Part shown: one piece after another, positions 50,537 through 58,523 of the stretch
Numbering within the stretch: the first letter of the stretch is position 1
Layout: every line of letters starts with the position of its first letter
Source: Chitinophaga pinensis
GTDB taxonomy: Bacteria > Bacteroidota > Bacteroidia > Chitinophagales > Chitinophagaceae
Direction of reading: 5' to 3'
Assembly: GCA_945865295.1 (NCBI GenBank)
Contig: CAMBDE010000002.1
Location: forward strand, 791-64,790
Length of the DNA: 64,000 nt
Translations under genes and position numbers: made by a program
Notes under the pieces: model-generated
Told to the model about the DNA's origin: nothing
The model's database searches: none
What the model saw: only the letters and a program-made list of their open reading frames with translations

Positions 50537-50965
50537 TTATACGCGGTAAAAATCTGCTTTCCAGTTTTGGATAGATTGCTTGATCTCTTTTCCTGATAAA
50601 TCACCTGCTGCAGCTTTCTCTACTAGTGCAGGAAATTCAGCATCTGGAGCAAATCGCAATGCAACAATCTGACCTACGCGTAAACTAGATGGAAGTAATT
50701 TTCCAGTTAACACATAATGGCGCAAATTTTCTTCTGCACGGATAGCTCTATCCTGCGCCTTTAAAGCAAATATGCGCGTAAACCACGCAATTAAAATAAA
50801 TACAATGGAGGTTAAGACTAATAAAGCCGCTAAGTATTTGTTTTCAGCACTTGATTTTAGTAAATAGTTTATCGACCCACCTAGTAAAGCAATGATCCCG
50901 CCAAAGGTAAGATAGTGAAACCCAGGAACCATTTGCGCGTGATTGTTAAAATTTTGTTCTTTCAT
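50537..50965 (-). CDS. DUF6526-like small membrane protein
   Basis: 'QNFNNH', 'QDRAIRAEENLR', 'ALRFA', 'WKADFYRV'. Confidence 0.8.
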   Translation of the reverse strand: MKEQNFNNHAQMVPGFHYLTFGGIIALLGGSINYLLKSSAENKYLAALLVLTSIVFILIAWFTRIFALKAQDRAIRAEENLRHYVLTGKLLPSSLRVGQIVALRFAPDAEFPALVEKAAAGDLSGKEIKQSIQNWKADFYRV

Positions 50966-51313
50966 GTTTTGTATTTTGTGTGGGCAAGATAATTACTTTG
51001 TTTAGTTTTAGCCTTATGAATTTTCAGAACCTGCCCTGTAATCAAAAACCGCTCGAAAAATGGTCATTTCCAAACATCTGCCCATTTTTTGAATTATCCC
51101 AAAAAACACCAAAATGACCCAATAAATGGCTGTTTTGCCTCAAATTTGGACGATTTTATGCAAAAACAGCCCAAAATGCCTAAATTTTTGAACATCATCC
51201 TGCCAATATTCCCCCCTTTTTTTAATAGGTCAAACTAAGCTTTACAACAACCAATTGGGGGTATTTAAAATTTAAGGAAGCAACAGGTTTTGATCGCAGT
51301 GCAAGCATAATGG

Positions 51314-51344
51314 TTTGATGCTTACTACAAAAAATGTATCTTTG
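51314..51344 (+). promoter_or_regulatory. Bacteroidota housekeeping promoter (-33 TTTG, -7 TATCTTTG)
   Basis: TTTG 51314-51317, 19-nt spacer, TATCTTTG 51337-51344. Confidence 0.75.
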
Positions 51345-51348
51345 TTCC

Positions 51349-51447
51349 ATCATCAAGAAGCCTTTAATGGCTGCCAACCGAGAGAGTCGAACTCCGCGGT
51401 GGTAAAATCGATGAGGACTTACTGTCAAATCTAAAACGTAATCTCCT
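51349..51447 (+). ncRNA. Candidate SAM-I/IV-like riboswitch
   Basis: P1 tcATC/GATga, J1/2 AAGA, P2 agcc/ggct, P3 gcCAACCg/cGGTGgt with an AA/U internal loop, possible P5 gac/gtc. Confidence 0.65.
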
Positions 51448-51486
51448 TTATCCTTTTTCTTGGTCTGATTTAACGAGTGAATTAAA

Positions 51487-52086
51487 ATGAATCATGCCAT
51501 GACCGTATCGAATCAAAATAATAAAAAAGAAGTCAAAAATAATAGCAAAGTCAATAGTACTGCAAATAATGACATGCAATTATTTATTGAATCAAGCAAC
51601 CCCTTAAAAGCAAAAGGCAAGCTGCGATTGATCTATTTAAATGAACAATTTGAAGGCAGCTTTATAGCAACACCCAATTTAATAAAATTAAAAACTATTC
51701 AACCATTTAAGGGCATGGTGGCTGCTGTTGGTTTAGAACTGGGCAGTGTTAGCCCTTTCTTACAAAGCAATGGTGGATTAAGTAAGATTGGTCAACAGCA
51801 AATGCACTTTCTGGTTTTTGACATTTTTCATTTATATAATTTATTTCGCCTAAAGCCACAAGCCTTACTGGCTTTGTATCAGGAAGCATTGGCTATTTTA
51901 AAGACCAAAGACGAAACGGTTGAATTTGGGAAAATAGATCCCAATTCAGATTTAGGTAATACCCTTGCAACTTGGTTACATATTCAAGTGAAAAAGAAAT
52001 TTAAACATCAATATTGTTCTCCTAAAGGCCTACTTTATAGCTTCCAAAATTTGTTGAGCTTGTTTCCGCAAGACTTCATCCTATAA
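51487..52086 (+). CDS. Hypothetical protein (199 aa) downstream of the candidate riboswitch
   Basis: Intact ORF filling the gap; no motif recognised. Confidence 0.65.
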   Translation: MNHAMTVSNQNNKKEVKNNSKVNSTANNDMQLFIESSNPLKAKGKLRLIYLNEQFEGSFIATPNLIKLKTIQPFKGMVAAVGLELGSVSPFLQSNGGLSKIGQQQMHFLVFDIFHLYNLFRLKPQALLALYQEALAILKTKDETVEFGKIDPNSDLGNTLATWLHIQVKKKFKHQYCSPKGLLYSFQNLLSLFPQDFIL

Positions 52087-52180
52087 TTTGCTATGAGTTC
52101 AATTTGAGCAAAGCATTTGCTTAAAAAATTAACTCAAATCGTAATTATATTTATTGCTTATTCGCTATTTTGTAGGCGCT

Positions 52181-53278
52181 ATGAAAGGATTTCAATTTAC
52201 CCCATTTAAGGCTGGCGAAAACAAAAAAAGCATGTTCGAGCAAATGCTTGACCTGTTTACAGAACTATTGAATTATACCAATGGGGATGCCACAGAAGCC
52301 TTAGACTGGCTCAATCAACTAGACAATAAGCACAAATTCACCAATAACGATTACGGCATGGGTGATTTTATAGAAGACTTAAAGGAAAATGGCTACTTAA
52401 AGGAAAATGGCCCAGACGGAACATTTAAGATTACCTCTAAAACGGAGCAGACCATCCGTAAAAAGAGCTTAGAGGACATTTTCGGTAAATTAAAAAAGGG
52501 ATCCAAGGGCAACCACCAAACCAATAAAACCGGACCCAGCGCAGAACTTAGTCCGGACACCAGGGCCTATCAATTTGGCGACAATATTGACCAGGTTGAT
52601 TTTACAGAAAGCATCCGTAATGCACAAATCAACCACGGAATAGACAATTTCACGATGGAAGAAAACGATTTATTGATTCGTGAAAGTGATTTTAAAACAC
52701 AGACTTCTACCGTGCTCATGATTGATATTTCTCATTCCATGATATTATATGGTGAGGATCGTATTACTCCGGCAAAAAAAGTGGCGATGGCTTTGTGTGA
52801 ATTAATCACTACTAAATACCCTAAAGACACAATAGATATTGTTGTTTTTGGAAATGATGCATGGAGTATTGAAATTAAAGACCTTCCCTATTTACAAGTA
52901 GGTCCTTATCATACCAATACGGTTGCTGGACTAGAATTGGCAATGGACTTATTGCGTCGTCGTAAAAATCCGAACAAACAGATTTTTATGATTACTGATG
53001 GCAAGCCAACTTGTTTAAAGATCGGTTCAAAATACTATAAGAACAGTTTTGGATTAGACCGAAAAGTAGTGAATCGTTGTTTAAATTTGGCGGCGCAGTG
53101 CAAGAAATTAAAAATTCCAGTTACGACTTTCATGATTGCATCCGATCCTTATTTACAAAAATTTGTGGAAGAGTTTACCGAGATGAATCATGGTAAAGCG
53201 TTCTTCGCATCTCTAGATAAACTAGGTAGTTTTATATTCAATGATTTTGAAAGCGGAAAGAGAAAAACAGTATACTAA
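52181..53278 (+). CDS. vWA domain-containing protein
   Basis: MIDAS 'DISHSM', 'TNT', 'ITDG'; ATG at 52181. Confidence 0.88.
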   Translation: MKGFQFTPFKAGENKKSMFEQMLDLFTELLNYTNGDATEALDWLNQLDNKHKFTNNDYGMGDFIEDLKENGYLKENGPDGTFKITSKTEQTIRKKSLEDIFGKLKKGSKGNHQTNKTGPSAELSPDTRAYQFGDNIDQVDFTESIRNAQINHGIDNFTMEENDLLIRESDFKTQTSTVLMIDISHSMILYGEDRITPAKKVAMALCELITTKYPKDTIDIVVFGNDAWSIEIKDLPYLQVGPYHTNTVAGLELAMDLLRRRKNPNKQIFMITDGKPTCLKIGSKYYKNSFGLDRKVVNRCLNLAAQCKKLKIPVTTFMIASDPYLQKFVEEFTEMNHGKAFFASLDKLGSFIFNDFESGKRKTVY

Positions 53279-53279
53279 A

Positions 53280-54863
53280 TTGAAAAAAGAAGTGGCGAAT
53301 AAAACAGCAACAGACAGCAAGAAAGTAGCAGGTATCGAAAAAATCAACACCCTTGGACAACTAATCAAATCTGGTTATCAGTCTAAGTCCATTAAGGAAG
53401 AAGTGCGTGATAATTTGGTTACCTGTTTACAAAATAAAGAAAATCCTTTTACAGGCATTTTGGGTTATGAAGACACAGTGATACCCGATACAGAGCGTGC
53501 ACTATTGAGCAGACATAATATTTTGTTTTTAGGATTACGTGGTCAAGCTAAAACAAGGATGGCACGTCAGATGACTGACTTACTAGATGAATACATTCCA
53601 GTCATTATGGGTAGCGAAGTCAATGACGATCCGTTGAAACCATTAAGCAAGTTTGCAAAAGATTTGATTGCTGAACATGGCGATGAAACCCCAATACATT
53701 GGCTACACCGATCTGAGCGTTATGGAGAAAAATTAGCTACGCCTGATGTAAGTGTCGCAGATTTGATTGGCGATATTGATCCAATCAAAGCGGCTAATTT
53801 GAAATTGAGCTTCTCTGATGAAAAAGTGATTCACTATGGGATTATTCCAAGAAGCAATCGTTGCATTTTTGTGATCAATGAATTACCAGATTTACAAGCA
53901 AGAATCCAGGTGTCTTTATTTAATATCTTACAAGAAGGCGATATTCAAATACGTGGTTTTAAGTTACGTATGCCATTGGATATTTTGTTTGTCTTTACAG
54001 CGAACCCAGAAGATTATACCAACAGAGGTAGCATTGTAACGCCATTAAAAGACAGAATTGAGAGTCAAATATTAACGCACTATCCAAAAACTCTAGAAAC
54101 TTCTTTGGCGATTACGGAACAAGAGGCAGATATTTTAGAAGTACAAAAACAAAGAGTGGATATCAGTGATTTAATCAAGCGATTGATTGAACAAGTTTCT
54201 TTTGAAGCAAGATCCAATGAATTTGTAGATAAGAAAAGTGGGGTGAGTGCGCGTTTAACCATTGCAGCATTTGAAAATGCCATTAGTTCTGCCGAGCGTC
54301 GTGCGATTATCCACAACGAAAAACATACTTATGTTTGGATCAGTGATTTAATGGGAATCATTCCTTCTATTACTGGGAAAATCGAATTGGTTTATGAGGG
54401 CGAGCAAGAAGGTCCATATGAAGTTGCTTTAAATTTATTGAACAAGTCTATTCGTACACAGTTTATTGAATATTTCCCCAATCCAGAATTATTGAAGAAG
54501 AAAAAAATGGTCAATAAAAAGGGAGAGGAAAAGGCGCTAGACAATCCCTACAAAGCCATTACTAGCTGGTTTGACGGTGGAAATCACTTGAACCTACTAT
54601 TAGACATGAAGGATGCAGATAAAGTAATTGCTTTATATAAGGTAGATGGCTTATTTGGTTTAGTAAAAAAATACTATCCACAAGCCAATGAAAAAGAATG
54701 CGCTTTATTAATGGAATTTGTATTACATGGCTTAGCTGCATTCTCATTGATCAATAAAAAAATGATTGATGGTAAAATTGAATTCAATGATTTAATGGGC
54801 AGTATGATGAATTTGGGCAGCTTTGGCGAAGAAGATGATTACAACGAATCTGATTACCAATAA
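53280..54863 (+). CDS. ChlI/MoxR-like AAA+ ATPase, partner of the vWA protein
   Basis: Variant Walker A 'GLRGQAKT', 'INELPDL', 'TANPEDYTNRG'; start (TTG 53280 or GTG 53292) uncertain. Confidence 0.85.
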   Translation: MKKEVANKTATDSKKVAGIEKINTLGQLIKSGYQSKSIKEEVRDNLVTCLQNKENPFTGILGYEDTVIPDTERALLSRHNILFLGLRGQAKTRMARQMTDLLDEYIPVIMGSEVNDDPLKPLSKFAKDLIAEHGDETPIHWLHRSERYGEKLATPDVSVADLIGDIDPIKAANLKLSFSDEKVIHYGIIPRSNRCIFVINELPDLQARIQVSLFNILQEGDIQIRGFKLRMPLDILFVFTANPEDYTNRGSIVTPLKDRIESQILTHYPKTLETSLAITEQEADILEVQKQRVDISDLIKRLIEQVSFEARSNEFVDKKSGVSARLTIAAFENAISSAERRAIIHNEKHTYVWISDLMGIIPSITGKIELVYEGEQEGPYEVALNLLNKSIRTQFIEYFPNPELLKKKKMVNKKGEEKALDNPYKAITSWFDGGNHLNLLLDMKDADKVIALYKVDGLFGLVKKYYPQANEKECALLMEFVLHGLAAFSLINKKMIDGKIEFNDLMGSMMNLGSFGEEDDYNESDYQ

Positions 54864-54893
54864 ATAGCAGGATCGTTTAAAAAGACAGTCCAA

Positions 54894-55814
54894 CTATTCA
54901 GACTTATCCAATTTAATTTTGGTAAACACCTGCAAGTGAGGCAGGGCAAGTACTGCAATACCAATAAATAAAAGCGGTAAGACTTCTTTGATACTCCAAG
55001 TTTCTAATGAAAAATAAATAAATACAATAATGCCAGTCCATGCTACAACTGCATAGGGCACTGCTTTTGCTAGTAATTTTTTCCATCCAAGGATACTGTT
55101 ATCCATTTCAAATTCTTGTCTTATTTTATCAAAAGATAAAATAGAATGCCATAGTCCAAAATAAAAACTAAAACACAACCAAAGTGGCAAGAGCATATTT
55201 AAAATAGTTAAGCAGCCAATTTGCATCACTGCAAAAAATAATTGCTTGGTGTCTGAAAAAAAATATTTATGGGCAAAGAACAAAACGATGTGAATCCCTA
55301 CAAGCGTAGCCTGAGAAATAGGTAAAATCATTGTGGCATAATGGATATACTCGTCTGCCTGCATTTTGGATTGTCCTAGTAATACAAATACATCAATTGC
55401 TGTATGGATGTTTTTACTGAGTAGAAACAAGATCCAGCTAAGGCCTAAAATACTATAACATAATTTATGAATCCCGTTATAGCTCTTCCCCAACCAGTCT
55501 ATTTCCCCAAAATGAAAAGCAGTTAAGCCAATGAATATAAGGATGGCGATGGTTGGTAAAAAGTACCATACCAATCCGTAAGCCAACATATTTAGTAGGT
55601 ATTTGAATAAAAAGAGATAGCCGTGTTTTTTATCGGCTCCAGTATTAAGTCTTTGATCTATATAAAAATCTAAAGCGCCGTGGGGGATGCCCAATGTAAA
55701 TAAGGTAACAAATAAAACCCCTAATTGCTGGGTGGTTGACAATGGAAAATAAGCATGTAATAAGGCTAAACCGAATCCGATGACCAAAAGTATTTGTCTG
55801 AGCTTTATCTGCAT
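54894..55814 (-). CDS. blh: Brp/Blh beta-carotene 15,15'-dioxygenase
   Basis: 'GIPHGALD', 'FHFGE', 'WHS', 'LPH'; directly downstream of the rhodopsin. Confidence 0.93.
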   Translation of the reverse strand: MQIKLRQILLVIGFGLALLHAYFPLSTTQQLGVLFVTLFTLGIPHGALDFYIDQRLNTGADKKHGYLFLFKYLLNMLAYGLVWYFLPTIAILIFIGLTAFHFGEIDWLGKSYNGIHKLCYSILGLSWILFLLSKNIHTAIDVFVLLGQSKMQADEYIHYATMILPISQATLVGIHIVLFFAHKYFFSDTKQLFFAVMQIGCLTILNMLLPLWLCFSFYFGLWHSILSFDKIRQEFEMDNSILGWKKLLAKAVPYAVVAWTGIIVFIYFSLETWSIKEVLPLLFIGIAVLALPHLQVFTKIKLDKSE

Positions 55815-55825
55815 ATAGTAGGCAT

Positions 55826-55857
55826 AAAAAAAGGGGCGAGTTATGCACTCGCCCCTT
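55826..55857 (-). terminator. Intrinsic terminator between rhodopsin and blh
   Basis: aaggggcgag/ctcgcccctt stem plus T-run on the minus strand. Confidence 0.8.
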
Positions 55858-55871
55858 AAAGATAGTATGAA

Positions 55872-56594
55872 TTAAGCAGCTTTTCTGCTCAATGCATATA
55901 TAACAAGACCGAATCCAATTTTATTTACAGCATCACCGATGTTGTAAATAATATCCATATTCAAGCCAATATTTGCAAATCCTGCATACCATTGTCCTTC
56001 AGCTGTTCCGATTAAATATCCTAGAGGATAGATAGCCCAACCAACTAAAATGAACCAACCTAATGCTTTGTTTGCAGAAGCAACAGCTGTACCAGCACTT
56101 GTAGCTAATTTCTTAACATCGCCCATCCATACTTCATACACAATGTAGAAGTAAGCAAGCGCACTAATTGTACCAAATACTGTAGCACTTCCTAATCCAG
56201 CTTCACCTACGTAACCTGTTACCAGCATTACAACAGAAGCTAAAATCATTTTCCATAATAAACCTGTTGTACCACCAGCTTTTTTTGTGATCAAGTAGAA
56301 CTCAACACACATCAAAGGCACAGTTAACAACCAATCTACGTAACGGAAGAAGGTCGGAGAATCTTGCGTTTCAGCATAATAGCTACGCATGTAGTAATAG
56401 TGAACTGCAGCAATAAAAGTGATCAAACCCGATACTAATACCGAAGTGCGCCACTCTTGGCTTGTGTTGCTCAATTCAAAAAAGAAAAAAACCGAAGCGG
56501 CCATCATAGCCATTGTGCCTACAAAGAAAGTAAACGAAACATAGTCCGTTTTTGCAATCACTGTAGCGCCGTCTAGTAAAAATAAAGAATCCAT
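55872..56594 (-). CDS. Proteorhodopsin (DTE proton pump, Met at the spectral-tuning position)
   Basis: 'RYVDWLLTVPLMCVE', His in 'AAVHY', Schiff-base Lys in 'DAVNKIGFG'; ATG at 56594. Confidence 0.96.
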   Translation of the reverse strand: MDSLFLLDGATVIAKTDYVSFTFFVGTMAMMAASVFFFFELSNTSQEWRTSVLVSGLITFIAAVHYYYMRSYYAETQDSPTFFRYVDWLLTVPLMCVEFYLITKKAGGTTGLLWKMILASVVMLVTGYVGEAGLGSATVFGTISALAYFYIVYEVWMGDVKKLATSAGTAVASANKALGWFILVGWAIYPLGYLIGTAEGQWYAGFANIGLNMDIIYNIGDAVNKIGFGLVIYALSRKAA

Positions 56595-56849
56595 ATTGTG
56601 GAGATTTGGTGAACGTGGTTTTAACACTTGTTAGTGAATGTGAATTTATAATAAATGTTTGTTAAACTCAAAAAATTTTTGTTAAAATCGGCCTATTCTT
56701 TATCCATATTTTATCGGTTATTTTTCACAAAAACATTCATTTTCAATAAGTTAGGTATTTTTTACTAATTTTTTTAATGAAGTTTTTTATGATTATTTAT
56801 TTAATTGTTAAACAATTATTTAAAAAATATATTAACATTTTGCGCTTTT

Positions 56850-58418
56850 TTATAGTGATTTTCTGATAGATTTCCCTTTTTTTATCGGCACTTGAACAGC
56901 CTGGTCCATACTTAATTCGCCATTTACCCAGATGTATTTGAATCCCTTTGCATATTGATGCGAGTCTTCAAATGTAGCCATGTCTGAAACCTCATCCGCA
57001 TCAAATACAACGATGTCTGCATAATAACCTTCTTGTAAGATGCCTCTTTTTTCGATATTGAATTTATTTGCAGGTAGAGAAGTCATTCTTCTAATCGCTT
57101 CCTCTAAACTCAATACCCCCATTGTTCTTACATATCTTCCTAATACGCGTGAATTCGTGCCATAAGCTCTAGGATGTGGTTTGCCGTAACCTTTCATTGC
57201 GATGCCTGCATCACTTGCAAACATATTAAATGGGTATTGCATAATTGCTTTGACATCGGATTCAGTCATTCCATGGTAAATCATTTGTGCACCACCCTCT
57301 TCCATCATTTGTATAATTGTTTCTGCTTCATCTAATGCTTTGTTTTTATTGCCTCTTAAGAGATTAATCGCTTCGATGTCTTTTCCATTATAACTACTGT
57401 CTGCTTTGTAATTGGCGACTACAGCATAAGTAAAATGCTTGATGCCTCTTTCTTTTAAAATACCAATGATTTCATTGGCTACTTTTTTTCGAATGATTGG
57501 ATCTTTCAGTCTTGCGAAGATGGAATCCTGTCCATCTGATAAAACCCAATCAGGCAATAGCACACTTAATTGTGTACTACTAGCGGTATAAGGATATTGG
57601 TCAATGGTCACATCAATGCCTTCTTTTCTTGCATTCACAACCAATGGAATGGTTTCCTTACTTCGGCCCCAATTGTTTTGACCACTAATTTTAAAATGTG
57701 AAATCTCAACAGGAATGGATGCGGCTCTTCCAATTTGGATGGCTTCGTTCACGGCATCCACCACTTGATTTTCTTCGTTTCGAATATGAGATGCATAGAC
57801 CCCTCCTTTTGAAGAAACCACTTTAGCTAGTCTTACAATTTCCTCTGTAGGCGCATAGGTCCCAGGAATATAAATTAATCCAGTGGACATGCCCACAGCA
57901 CCATCTTGCATGGCTTGCGCTGCTAATTTTTCCATTGCTTGCATTTCTGCTTCTGTAGCATTTCTATTTGCAGAACCCATCACTTGCTTGCGAATGGTAT
58001 TGTGTCCAATCAAGGAGGCAATATTGATGGACATGCCTATGGAGTCTAGTTTATTAAAATACGTATTTAAGTTTTCAACTGATCCGCCACAATTCCCCGT
58101 CACCACGGTGGTTACGCCGTCGTATAAAAAATTACTCGCCAATGGATTTCTGAATTCGCCACCCTCTAAATGTCCATGCACATCAATAAAACCAGGCGCT
58201 ACAATCATACCTTTTGCATCGACCTCTCTTGTTGCTTTCCAATTTTTTAAATTACCAATGGCAATAATTTGATTGCCTTTGATGGCCACATCTTTATACT
58301 GCCATTGATTCCCTGTACCATCAATAAGTTTTCCGTTACGGATAATATAATCTGCAGTTTGTGCCTTTGTTTGCAGCAATGTAAAAACGAAGGCAAGGAG
58401 TAGGAGGCTATTTTTCAT
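56850..58418 (-). CDS. N-acyl-D-amino acid deacylase family amidohydrolase
   Basis: 'PGFIDVHGH', 'GNCG', 'SHIR', 'SHFK', 'HPRAYG'; signal peptide. Confidence 0.9.
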   Translation of the reverse strand: MKNSLLLLAFVFTLLQTKAQTADYIIRNGKLIDGTGNQWQYKDVAIKGNQIIAIGNLKNWKATREVDAKGMIVAPGFIDVHGHLEGGEFRNPLASNFLYDGVTTVVTGNCGGSVENLNTYFNKLDSIGMSINIASLIGHNTIRKQVMGSANRNATEAEMQAMEKLAAQAMQDGAVGMSTGLIYIPGTYAPTEEIVRLAKVVSSKGGVYASHIRNEENQVVDAVNEAIQIGRAASIPVEISHFKISGQNNWGRSKETIPLVVNARKEGIDVTIDQYPYTASSTQLSVLLPDWVLSDGQDSIFARLKDPIIRKKVANEIIGILKERGIKHFTYAVVANYKADSSYNGKDIEAINLLRGNKNKALDEAETIIQMMEEGGAQMIYHGMTESDVKAIMQYPFNMFASDAGIAMKGYGKPHPRAYGTNSRVLGRYVRTMGVLSLEEAIRRMTSLPANKFNIEKRGILQEGYYADIVVFDADEVSDMATFEDSHQYAKGFKYIWVNGELSMDQAVQVPIKKGKSIRKSL

Positions 58419-58523
58419 AAAACTATTTTTGTCTACTCAATTTACTAAATACTAATCCATTTGTCATTCATTTTTATTTTTATAACCTAAAAAATGTATT
58501 TTCATTGGATCAATCATGAATCT

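Noticed and set aside
51222-51428. 68-aa minus-strand ORF
   Set aside because: Overlaps the promoter and structured RNA on the other strand; TTG start, no coding features.
53280-54863. Magnesium chelatase / photosynthesis link to the neighbouring rhodopsin
   Set aside because: No bch/chl genes, the genes are convergent, and this ATPase family occurs widely in non-phototrophs.
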